Shown piece after piece: positions 11,601 to 23,600 of a stretch of 50,939 nt of DNA. A program made the position numbers and the translations under genes. The stretch covers positions 1 through 50,939 of the forward strand of contig JAUCBJ010001190.1 of NCBI GenBank assembly GCA_032718475.1. The letters are read 5' to 3'. The stretch is from Nemertoderma westbladi. Taxonomy: Eukaryota > Animalia > Xenacoelomorpha. Position 1 is the first letter of the stretch; each line of letters begins with the position of its first letter. A model generated the notes under the pieces. It saw only the letters and a program-made list of their open reading frames with translations. It was not told where the DNA came from and made no database searches.

Positions 11601-14600
11601 CAAAGTTTGTTCAAGTTATGATTGCTCAAGCAGCTTTCAAGAGTTTGCCAAACCAAATGGTAACTTTGTTCTCTGAGAAAAGAGCTTTCGAATGAGCCCA
11701 AAACGAACTCCATACGACCACTAGAACTGGAGATTATACAATTTGAAGATCTCCGATTACCGATAAGTCTATTCCGTGTATTCCCACAATGACCGCAGAG
11801 TCGCTTATTCAAGTCCCGTCTTTATTCCAGAAATTTGAAATTGTCTTATAAACTGATCAGTAGGTCCAGCAATCATAAAAAATTACCTTCTCGATTAAAA
11901 TGGTATGCTCTTTCTCGTGGAGACATCCAATTGGCACCACTGAGCACATAAATTTGCAGAAACTGAGTGCAAACCCCAAACGTCATCGCATTTACCGATA
12001 TCGCGATATATCGGAGCCAGAATCATCTACCCCAGATATCTCGAAAACTAAGAAAGATATGGGAAAACGGTTTCCATATTTAGATTTACCATGAAATTCT
12101 GCATCAGATAGGATATGTTTCAAAAATTCGACTTTTTGGTCAGAAAATGCGCTACAGCAAAAGGGTAGCAAAAGTGTGTAGGCCGAGAAATTGAATTATT
12201 TATAAATAACTCTAAAAATAAAATTTGGAAATTAATCTTGACCCAAGAAAACCAAAATTACAACGTCAAGTTGCTTTTTAAAGAACTCTTTTTGTGTGTA
12301 TATACCGTACTCCTATCGAAGTACCGTAACCAACTCTAAATACAGTCAGATTGAAATAGCTTCTTTCCAATTAATTGATTTGATTTCAGGAAATGTAAAG
12401 TTATTTCAGTGATGACAAAACTGACGTTAAAATATTTTTAGTTTTGTTTTTATAGCTGTTATCTTTTATCGAGTCTCTCAACCTTCTGTTCCCAACTATA
12501 TGTAACTCGTTACGTTTCTAGGCCTTGACTTCCCGCTGTTCAACGTGCAGCCAATCATTGGGTCGCATTCACAGTTGCGTTCATTGCGTTTACTTCGGTT
12601 GCTACCCCCGCAAGCACATACAGAATCACGCCAGGGAAACAGGGCACCATATCTGTTAGTACTGGGCCTCTAGTGCACTACAACTGGCCTATTATAGGGA
12701 GTGATTGTGGGTCGAATATGTCTTCTATTAAAACTTTGTTCGTTATTATTTGATTGTTTTGATTTTGGAATTGTTTTTAAAACATACATCAAAAGGCTGC
12801 CACTTCGTCTACTGGTGATATTCCTGGGCCTCCAATCACGAGGGCCAAGGCTCGATCCCTTTCCGTAGCAGCACTGTTTTGGCACAGTGCTTTAAATGCT
12901 GCAGCCTAGCTTCACCCATTCTTTCATCCTTTACTAGCCGATAAATTATTGGAACCAGGAAAACTTATAAAACAAACCTTCACATAGTTTAATATGTGAG
13001 AACACCCGTTGTGGTGAAAGTAAGCTCGTATAATTATCTGTAGAGTACAGTAATTAATATTCACCCTCGATTAATATAAAATAATTTATAATTGTAGCCG
13101 TTGATTTACGACTTGGGGCTACATATTGCCACCCTTGTGCCGACTATGTTTACAACGTAGACGTCGATAAATTAGCCAAGGACGCTTTCCAACGGAGTTG
13201 GGCTCGATGTGCAGGTATTTGTTATTAGAGAAAATAAATGTTGGTTAATAAATTGAACAATTCTTATTTACGAGTAAAAAGTTCGGTGAACCAGTGAAAC
13301 ACGAAACACCCGGGGGAACCCGAACGCACCTCTCCGGGCTTGTGTTGGGCGAGTAATTAAGGAGTGGAGTCTACTCTCTTGGGAGTTAGTGTGGCATCCC
13401 CGCCCCCTGTCTTATAGGTAACAGCCACGAGAGATGAGCCTACTGATAGTAATGGGGAGGGTTGCATCTAGGGAATAATCATTAGGCCTAATTCCTTCTT
13501 AGTTTCTAAACTGTAACACCCCCTTCCTACAATTCATAGTGACCAACTTTCTTCCAACCAACATGGCTCCAGTCTAATGGCTCCTCAATATATATTATCA
13601 CATTACGATACTTTTTTATTTAATTCTTTGTTGCAGCGCTTTAAATTCATTGTTTGTTACAGCGCTTTTTATTTTATTTTAATTTTATGTTACAGGCGCT
13701 TTTGATATTTGCCCAGACTGGGAACCAACCATCCAGGAACGGCAGTTACTCAATCGCGCTAAAAAGAGACGCAAAATAGTGGATAACTGCACTCTTGGTA
13801 GGATTCCTATAAATAGGTTTCTTAACTTGCAATTTTAACTTTAACTAACAATTTTACAACAATAACTATTTATTACATGGGGAATAAGTATAGGCTTTAT
13901 TTCCCCCGAGCTGTATAAGTTGACAAACGGGCTCAGCGACCAATAATATGTCACTAGGATTATGAGGGAAAAAATGTACTTTTTTTCATGCAATAATTTC
14001 GTTTAAAAGTATTTTTATACGTCATAATTATTGTGCGGCGATTGTAATTCTTATTTGATTGATTTATCGGGGAACTTATTTAAGGTTTCCACTGGAAGCT
14101 ATCAAGCTATGTGTGTAGTAATACTACTACTACTAGGATCGGCATGCTGCATTGCAGCTGCATTTTTAAGAATGCTGTGTCAGCTTGTCGACAAAATTGC
14201 ACCGCCACAACTCCCTATCACCCATTACATTTGCTAGATCATCCGCATCTTTAAGGCCAATGTCCTTTAAGATGCGTCTCAAGAAAGTCATGGGCTGTCC
14301 ACCATGCTTATTCACTCCATGAGGCTGCCAAAGCACAAGATTGTGCACTGGCTGGTCCTCACGGCGAAAGCAATGTCCTGCAAAGCGGAGGCGATTTTGT
14401 TCTAGTGTCAAGCTTGGGGGAACCATTGAGACACCTCCAATGTTATATAGTGTCTGGTTGGAGATGTGTGCATTGTACTTGACACAATGAACTGCCATCC
14501 GCCGAACTGACAAGTGAATGTGCCATCCAGAGATTTGATTATTGATAGTAACAATGTGTTGGCAAGCTGTATTTATCGAGGTGTTTGTTATTATACATTT

Positions 14601-17600
14601 ATTATAGGCTATATAGCTGGCTTTGAATTTAATACTCCATATCTCAAGAACCTGTGGCCTAGTGGTTGTAGTCTCGGCTTCCACCTCGAGGTCCCAGGTT
14701 CGAATCCGACACCACGCTGATGAGACCCAGTAAGGTCGAAACGCGTACGTGGTTTGGAGAGATATGAGATATTAATTTCAAGAAAAATTACGCGATTCCA
14801 AAATTTGTACACTACCCGGTTAAAAAGTACGCATGTGATGGGATTAGTCCTACAAATGCGCCAATAAAAGATAAGTTATTTTCGGTAAAATAAACTTATC
14901 ATTCGAGGTTAAGACCCCTAGATCCCTTCCTATAATAAATGTATCATAACAAACACCTCGAAAAATACAGCTTGCCAAAACCTTGTTACTATCAATAATC
15001 AAAAATCAGGGGCTAATAAAATGGCAGCTGGCTTTGAAATTAATACTCCATATCTCAAGAACCTGTGGCCTAGTGGTTGTTGTCTCGGCTTCCACCTCGA
15101 GGTCCTAGGTTCGAATCCGACACCACGCTGATGAGACCCAGTAAGGTCGAAACGCGTACGTGGTTTGGAGAGATATGAGATATTAATTTCAAGAAAAATT
15201 ACGCGATTCCAAAATTTGTACACTACCCGGTTAAAAAGTACGCATGTGATGGGATTAGTCCTACAATTGCGCCAATAAAAGATAAGTTATTTTCGGTAAA
15301 ATAAACTTATCATTCGAGGTTAAGACCCCTAGAACCCTTCCTATAATAAATCCAGAGATTTGATGTCCTCAGCAGTTAGAGCCCAGCATGGACTCTCATA
15401 GAGGAGTACTGGAACTACTGCTGCTCTAAATAATCGGACCTTACGTTTCCGATTAATTCTCGTTGACTTCCAAATCCTGGAAAGCCTATTCAAGGCTGCC
15501 CATGCCTTTCCCTTACGTATTCGAAGGTCCTCACCTGACTTCCGGATCCATGATCCCAGGTAACAGAAGTCATCCACATGCTCAAGCATACCATCTTTTG
15601 AGCTTATGCTCATCCGATCTGGAGAAGGGTCGTAGTGTAAATGCATTACAGTCTTGTATAGAGCTCCTGTATTTCCTACGAAACAGGATATGGTCTCTCT
15701 GGGACTTGTGACCACTGGGTTCACTATGAGTCATAGCTTTCCAGTTCGCTTCTTGAACTGGGTTCCAGCCGAAAACAATCCATTTCCAGAGATAAAATCC
15801 TGAAGATTGACGGAATTTCGGTTAACACTATTGCTATAGACCCAGGGCGAAGTAGGTGATTGATGCAGACTTGCATTAAAGTCTCCCAGGAATGTTAAGA
15901 ATGCATGCTGATCCACTCCATCAGTAGCTGCTTGTAGATTGTGGTATAAATTTTCCACCTCCTCTACAGGGGCAACACTAGTTGGAGAGTAGCACACAAT
16001 CAGAACCACCTTAGGAAACTTCTTAGCCAGTCTTCCAGAACATGAGAAGTGGCAACGGATGATGCGGTTAGAGATTTGGTCTATTTTGTCCAATGCTGCA
16101 TGTGCATTGCCACTATCATCTGCTGAGGCGAGTGCGAGTCGCCAACCGCCCCCATGTCCTTAATCAGAACCTCATCCGTCTGTCCAGTCTGCATTCGGTG
16201 CTCTTGAACACCCACTGCGCTAAGAGAAAGCTTATCTGCCAAGGCAGTCAGCTCACCTTGTCGCATTGGGGACCCGAGTGTTAGGGTGTTTACTGAGGCT
16301 AGTCTAGTGATTTGCCTCAGATTCACCAATGGCTTTGTTGGTCGGGGTGGAACATGAGAGTAGCCTCCAACTCCAGAATCCCTCTCCCCCTCGCAATCTG
16401 GCTTCGCTGGTGACCCAGTGTTTGGGCCAGAAAGGTCATCAGGAAAGGGACTCAAAGAATTGTTTGCCGCTCTCTCTCCAGTAGGGGGTGAGACAGGCAG
16501 CCGGTCAGGAGTTAACTGACGCCTGTGAGGCCGATTGTGTCCGGTCATTCCACTGGCCTCTAGTGGCTGGACCTGCGCATTACTAATGTAATCCATAGTG
16601 GGGGTTGGGGGGTGCTTTTTTGCCGAGTCAGCTCTCGGGGCAAATACCACACCCTGGTTTGCCATTCCACAGGGTGGGTGTCGCAGTGGAGTCAGATATG
16701 AGGCCCATCACCCATATCTACTCTGGCGCACATAACCCACCATTGGCTGTGCAGCTCATCTGCTGGGTCATGCCCTGTACCCTTTCATCCAGGTGCAGGT
16801 CGCAGTGAAGTGCTCTCAGACTGGACATGAGAACACTCTACTCCTGACCAGCCATTGGTAGATCACTATCTGCCTGGTCAGGCCATATACCCCTGCAGCC
16901 AAGTATATGGGTCCTTAATCCAGGACCAAGGGCGTCCTATTCCCAGAACGAAGGGGGTCCTAGTTAGTAGTTACAGGACCAGATTTGCCCTAGTAAGAGG
17001 GTCTATACATCTACAGGTGGCACCTCCTTTATGCTGCGTGGAGGTGGCAAGTTTTCTTGATCAATGACCTAGAATACCTGACCTGACCTTGTAGTAATAA
17101 CCAAAATGTGATTAAGCAAAATAAATACTACATGTATTTATTTAGCCCTGTGGCATAGCCCATTTAGTGTTACACTAATTTATACTTTTTTTAATTCATA
17201 TTGTTTGACCTTTAAGTAAATAGTTCACCTGTTCTTATATTTAGGGTTACGTGGACTAATTAATTTGGGACAGACTTGTTTTATGAACTGCATTCTACAA
17301 GCGATCGCCCACACACCAGTGCTACGCAACTATTTTCTATCCGATAAACACCATTGCCCGCCCTCTATGCTGTCCCAATGCGTCGCATGCGAACTCTCTG
17401 GTCTATTCCAGCAGGTAAGTCGTACAGCGGGTAATTTGTACAGCGGGTAAGTCGTACAGCGGGTAAGTCGTACAGCGGGTAAGTCGTACAGCGGGTAAGT
17501 CGTACAGCGGGTAAGTCGTACAGCGGGTAAGTCGTACAGCGGGTAAGTTGTACAGCGGGTAAGTCGTACAGCGGGTAAGTCGTACAGCGGGTAAGTCGTA

Positions 17601-20600
17601 CAGCGGGTAAGTCGTACAGCGGGTAAGTCGTACAGCGGGTAAGTCGTACAGCAGGTAAGTCGTACAGCGGGTAAGTCGTACAGCGGGTAAGTCGTACAGC
17701 GGGTAAGTCGTACAGCGGGTAAGTCGTACAGCGGGTAAGTCGTACAGCGGGTAAGTCGTACAGCAGGTAAGTCGTACAGCGGGTAAGTCGTACAGCGGGT
17801 AAGTCGTACAGCAGGTAAGTCGTACAGCGGGTAAGTCGTACAGCGGGTAAGTCGTACAGCGGGTAAGTCGTACAGCGGGTAAGTCGTACAGCGGGTAAGT
17901 CGTACAGCGGGTAAGTCGTACAGCAGGTAAGTCGTACAGCGGGTAAGTCGTACAGCGGGTAAGTCGTACAGCGGGTAAGTCGTACAGCGGGTAAGTTGTA
18001 CAGCGGGTAAGTCGTACAGCGGGTAAGTCGTACAGCGGGTAAGTCGTACAGCGGGTAAGTCGTACAGCGGGTAAGTCGTACAGCGGGTAAGTCGTACAGC
18101 GGGTAAGTCGTACAGCGGGTAAGTCGTCTAGCGGGTAAGTCGTACAGCGGGTAAGTCGTACAGCGGGTAAGTCGTACAGCGGGTAAGTCGTACAGCGGGT
18201 AAGTCGTGCAGCGGGTAAGTCGTACAGCAGGTAAGTTGTACAGCGGGTAAGTCGTACAGCGGGTAAGTCGTACAGCGGGTAAGTCGTACAGCAGGTAAGT
18301 CGTACAGCGGGTAAGTTGTACAGCGGGTAAGTCGTACAGCAGGTAAGTCGTACAGCGGGTAAGTCGTACAGCGGGTAAGTCGTATAGCGGGTAAGTCGTA
18401 CAGCAGGTAAGTCGTACAGCAGGTAAGTCGTACAGCGGGTAAGTCGTACAGCTGGTAAGTCGTACAGCGGGTAAGTCGTACAGCGGGTAAGTCGTACAGC
18501 GGGTAAGTCGTACAGCGGGTAAGTCGTACAGCAGGTAAGTCGTACAGCGGGTAAGTCGTACAGCGGGTAAGTTGTACAGCGGGTAAGTCGTACAGCGGGT
18601 AAGTCGTCTAGCGGGTAAGTCGTACAGCAGGTAAGTTGTACAGCGGGTAAGTCGTACAGCGGGTAAGTCGTACAGCAGGTAAGTCGTACAGCAGGTAAGT
18701 CGTACAGCAGGTAAGTCGTACAGCAGGTAAGTCGTACAGCGGGTAAGTCGTACAGCGGGTAAGTCGTACAGCGGGTAAGTCGTACAGCGGGTAAGTCGTA
18801 CAGCAGGTAAGTCGTACAGCGGGTAAGTCGTACAGCGGGTAAGTCGTACAGCAGGTAAGTCGTACAGCAGGTAAGTCGTACAGCAGGTAAGTCGTACAGC
18901 AGGTAAGTCGTACAGCAGGTAAGTCGTACAGCGGGTAAGTCGTACAGCGGGTAAGTCGTACAGCGGGTAAGTCGTACAGCGGGTAAGTCGTACAGCAGGT
19001 AAGTCGTACAGCGGGTAAGTCGTACAGCGGGTAAGTCGTACAGCGGGTAAGTCGTACAGCGGGTAAGTCGTACAGCGGGTAAGTCGTACAGCGGGTAAGT
19101 CGTACAGCAGGTAAGTCGTACAGCAGGTAAGTCGTACAGCAGGTAAGTCGTACAGCAGGTAAGTCGTACAGCAGGTAAGTCGTACAGCGGGTAAGTCGTA
19201 CAGCGGGTAAGTCGTACAGCGGGTAAGTCGTACAGCGGGTAAGTCGTACAGCAGGTAAGTCGTACAGCAGGTAAGTCGTACAGCGGGTAAGTCGTACAGC
19301 TGGTAAGTCGTACAGCAGGTAAGTCGTACAGCGGGTAAGTCGTACAGCAGGTAAGTCGTACAGCAGGTAAGTCGTACAGCAGGTAAGTCGTACAGCGGGT
19401 AAGTCGTACAGCTGGTAAGTCGTACAGCAGGTAAGTCGTACAGCGGGTAAGTCGTACAGCAGGTAAGTCGTACAGCGGGTAAGTCGTACAGCAGGTAAGT
19501 CGTACAGCAGGTAAGTCGTCTAGCGGGTAAGTTGTACAGCGGGTAAGTTGTACAGCGGGTAAGACGTACAGCAGGTAAGTCGTACAGCAGGTAAGTCGTA
19601 CAGCAGGTAAGTCGTACAGCGGGTAAGTCGTACAGCAGGTAAGTCGTACAGCGGGTAAGTCGTACAGCGGGTATAAGTCGTACAGCGGGTAAGTCGTACA
19701 GCGGGTATAAGTCGTACAGCGGGTAAGTCGTACAGCGGGTAAGTCGGGGTAAGTCGTACAGCGGGTAAGTCGTACAGCAGGTAAGTCGTACAGCAGGTAA
19801 GTCGTACAGCAGGTAAGTCGTACAGCAGGTAAGTCGTACAGCGGGTAAGTCGTACAGCGGGTAAGTCGTACAGCAGGTAAGTCGTACAGCAGGTAAGTCG
19901 TACAGCGGGTAAGTCGTACAGCGGGTAAGTCGTACAGCAGGTAAGTCGTACAGCGGGTAAGTCGTACAGCAGGTAAGTCGTACAGCGGGTAAGTCGTACA
20001 GCGGGTATAAGTCGTACAGCGGGTAAGTCGTACAGCGGGTAAGTCGGGGTAAGTCGTACAGCGGGTAAGTCGTACAGCAGGTAAGTCGTACAGCAGGTAA
20101 GTCGTACAGCGGGTAAGTCGTACAGCGGGTAAGTCGTACAGCAGGTAAGTCGTACAGCGGGTAAGTTGTACAGCGGGTAAGTCGTACAGCGGGTAAGTCG
20201 TACAGCGGGTAAGTCGTACAGCGGGTAAGTCGTACAGCGGGTAAGTCGTACAGCGGGTAAGTCGTCTAGCGGGTAAGTCGTACAGCGGGTAAGTCGTCTA
20301 GCGGGTAAGTCGTACAGCGGGTAAGTCGTACAGCGGGTAAGTCGTACAGCGGGTAAGTCGTCTAGCGGGTAAGTCGTACAGCGGGTAAGTCGTCTAGCGG
20401 GTAAGTCGGGGTCAGTCGTACAGCGGGTAAGTCGTATAGCGGGTAAGTCGTACAGCGGGTAAGTCGTACAGCGGGTAAGTTGTACAGCGGGTAAGTCGTA
20501 CAGCAGGTAAGTCGTACAGCGGGTAAGTCGTACAGCTGGTAAGTCGTACAGCGGGTAAGTCGTACAGCAGGTAAGTCGTACAGCGGGTAAGTCGTACAGC

Positions 20601-23600
20601 AGGTAAGTCGTACAGCGGGTAAGTCGTACAGCAGGTAAGTCGTACAGCGGGTAAGTCGTACAGCAGGTAAGTCGTACAGCGGGTAAGTCGTACAGCAGGT
20701 AAGTCGTACAGCGGGTAAGTCGTACAGCGGGTAAGTCGTACAGCGGGTAAGTCGTACAGCGGGTAAGTCGTACAGCGGGTAAGTTGTACAGCAGGTAAGT
20801 CGTACAGCGGGTAAGTTGTACAGCGGGTAAGTCGTACAGCAGGTAAGTCGTACAGCGGGTAAGTCGTACAGCGGGTAAGTCGTACAGCGGGTAAGTCGTC
20901 TAGCGGGTAAGTCGTACAGCGGGTAAGTCGTCTAGCGGGTAAGTCGTACAGCGGGTAAGTCGTACAGCTGGTAAGTCGTACAGCGGGTAAGTCGTACAGC
21001 GGGTAAGTCGTACAGCGGGTAAGTCGTACAGCGGGTAAGTTGTACAGCAGGTAAGTCGTACAGCGGGTAAGTTGTACAGCAGGTAAGTCGTACAGCGGGT
21101 AAGTTGTACAGCAGGTAAGTCGTACAGCAGGTAAGTCGTACAGCGGGTAAGTCGTACAGCGGGTAAGTCGTACAGCGGGTAAGTCGTCTAGCGGGTAAGT
21201 CGTACAGCGGGTAAGTCGTACAGCGGGTAAGTCGTACAGCGGGTAAGTCGTACAGCGGGTAAGTTGTACAGCAGGTAAGTCGTACAGCGGGTAAGTCGTA
21301 CAGCGGGTAAGTCGTACAGCGGGTAAGTCGTCTAGCGGGTAAGTCGTACAGCGGGTAAGTCGTCTAGCGGGTAAGTCGTACAGCGGGTAAGTCGTACAGC
21401 TGGTAAGTCGTACAGCGGGTAAGTCGTACAGCGGGTAAGTCGTACAGCGGGTAAGTCGTACAGCGGGTAAATTGTACAGCAGGTAAGTCGTACAGCGGGT
21501 AAGTTGTACAGCGGGTAAGTCGTACATCAGGTAAGTCGTACAGCGGGTAAGTCGTACAGCGGGTAAGTCGTACAGCGGGTAAGTCGTACAGCGGGTAAGT
21601 CGTACAGCGGGTAAGTCGTACGCAGGTAAGTCGTACAGCGGGTAAGTCGTACAGCGGGTAAGTCGTACAGCGGGTAAGTCGTACAGCGGGTAAGTCGTAC
21701 AGCGGGTAAGTCGTACAGCGGGTAAGTCGTACAGCGGGTAAGTCGTACAGCAGGTAAGTCGTACAGCAGGTAAGTCGTACAGCAGGTAAGTCGTACAGCG
21801 GGTAAGTCGTACAGCGGGTAAGTTGTACAGCAGGTAAGTCGTACAGCGGGTAAGTCGTACAGCGGGTAAGTCGTACAGCTGCAGGTAAGTCGTACAGCGG
21901 GTAAGTTGTACAGCAGGTAAGTCGTACAGCGGGTAAGTCGTACAGCAGGTAAGTTGTACAGCGGGTAAGTCGTACAGCGGGTAAGTCGTACAGCGGGTAA
22001 GTTGTACAGCGGGTAAGTCGTACAGCGGGTAAGTCGTACAGCGGGTAAGTCGTACAGCGGGTAAGTCGTACAGCGGGTAAGTCGTACAGCGGGTAAGTCG
22101 TACAGCGGGTAAGTCGTACAGCGGGTAAGTTGTACAGCGGGTAAGTCGTACAGCGGGTAAGTCGTACAGCGGGTAAGTCGTACAGCGGGTAAGTCGTACA
22201 GCGGGTAAGTCGTACAGCGGGTAAGTCGTACAGCGGGTAAGTCGTACAGCGGGTAAGTCGTACAGCGGGTAAGTCGTACAGCGGGTAAGTCGTACAGCGG
22301 GTAAGTCGTACAGCGGGTAAGTCGTACAGCAGGTAAGTCGTACAGCGGGTAAGTCGTACAGCGGGTAAGTCGTACAGCGGGTAAGTCGTACAGCAGGTAA
22401 GTCGTACAGCGGGTAAGTCGTACAGCGGGTAAGTCGTACAGCGGGTAAGTCGTACAGCGGGTAAGTCGTACAGCGGGTAAGTCGTACAGCGGGTAAGTTG
22501 TACAGCAGGGAAGTCGTACAGCGGGTAAGTCGTACAGCGGGTAAGTTGTACAGCAGGTAAGTCGTACAGCGGGTAAGTCGTACAGCGGGTAAGTCGTACA
22601 GCGGGTAAGTCGTACAGCGGGTAAGTCGTACAGCGGGTAAGTCGTACAGCGGGTAAGTCGTATACAGCGGGTAAGTCGTACAGCGGGTAAGTCGTACAGC
22701 GGGTAAGTCGTACAGCGGGTAAGTCGTACAGCGGGTAAGTCGTACAGCGGGTAAGTCGTACAGCGGGTAAGTCGTACAGCGGGTAAGTCGTACAGCGGGT
22801 AAGTCGTACAGCGGGTAAGTCGTACAGCGGGTAAGTCGTACAGCGGGTAAGTCGTACAGCGGGTAAGTCGTACAGCGGGTAAGTCGTACAGCAGGTAAGT
22901 CGTACAGCGGGTAAGTCGTACAGCGGGTAAGTCGTACAGCGGGTAAGTCGTACAGCGGGTAAGTCGTACAGCGGGTAAGTTGTACAGCAGGTAAGTCGTA
23001 CAGCGGGTAAGTCGTATAGCGGGTAAGTCGTACAGCGGGTAAGTCGTACAGCGGGTAAGTCGTACAGCGGGTAAGTCGTACAGCGGGTAAGTCGTACAGC
23101 GGGTAAGTCGTACAGCGGGTAAGTCGTACAGCGGGTAAGTCGTACAGCGGGTAAGTCGTACAGCGGGTAAGTCGTACAGCGGGTAAGTTGTACAGCGGGT
23201 AAGTCGTACAGTGGGTAAGTCGTACAGCGGGTAAGTCGTGCAGCGGGTAAGTCGTACAGCGGGTAAGTCGTACAGCGGGTAAGTCGTACAGCTGCAGGTA
23301 AGTCGTACAGCGGGTAAGTTGTACAGCAGGTAAGTCGTACAGCGGGTAAGTCGTACAGCAGGTAAGTTGTACAGCGGGTAAGTCGTCTAGCGGGTAAGTC
23401 GTCTAGCGGGTAAGTCGTACAGCGGGTAAGTCGTACAGCGGGTAAGTCGTACAGCGGGTAAGTCGTACAGCGGGTAAGTCGTACAGCGGGTAAGTCGTAC
23501 AGCGGGTAAGTCGTACAGCGGGTAAGTTGTACAGCGGGTAAGTCGTACAGTGGGTAAGTCGTACAGCGGGTAAGTCGTGCAGCGGGTAAGTCGTACAGCG

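Larger units (their letters stand above)
14539..15349 (+). mobile_element. Retrozyme-like array 1: about two 411-bp monomers with tRNA-like Pol III head and hammerhead, preceded by an inverted fragment
   Basis: 411-bp period; flanking duplication ATCCAGAGATTTGA at 14525-14538 and 15350-15363; 14539-14608 is the reverse complement of ~14929-15000. Confidence 0.88.
14120..17090 (-). mobile_element. Internally deleted RTE-like LINE (5'UTR, decayed APE endonuclease, C-terminus; no RT core)
   Basis: APE motifs ([26 protein letters not shown]) at 16330-15731 run almost directly into post-RT motifs ([37 protein letters not shown]). There is a (TAG)n tail at ~14120-14135. The 5' boundary is approximate. 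Confidence 0.85.

Noticed and set aside
14645-14720. Functional tRNA gene
   Set aside because: A/B boxes are present but there is no acceptor stem, and the 3' side is replaced by the hammerhead; it is a tRNA-derived head.
14609-15223. Repeated MYKF(W/R)NRVIFLE ORFs (also 37148-37784)
   Set aside because: Antisense read-through of the retrozyme monomer with a non-ATG start; conservation is explained by the repeat.
16980-17090. HDV-like ribozyme at the RTE 5' end (ACC-TCCACGC on the minus strand)
   Set aside because: An L3-like word is present, but I could not build P3 and P1 pairings by eye; it needs a descriptor search.
17265-17285. GQTC instead of GNTC in the USP22 Cys box
   Set aside because: This position varies among active USPs; the upstream Asn and the catalytic Cys are intact.
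20412-21527. 371-aa repetitive ORF (also 24785-25039)
   Set aside because: The minus strand of the 16-mer has no stop in any frame, so long ORFs are automatic.
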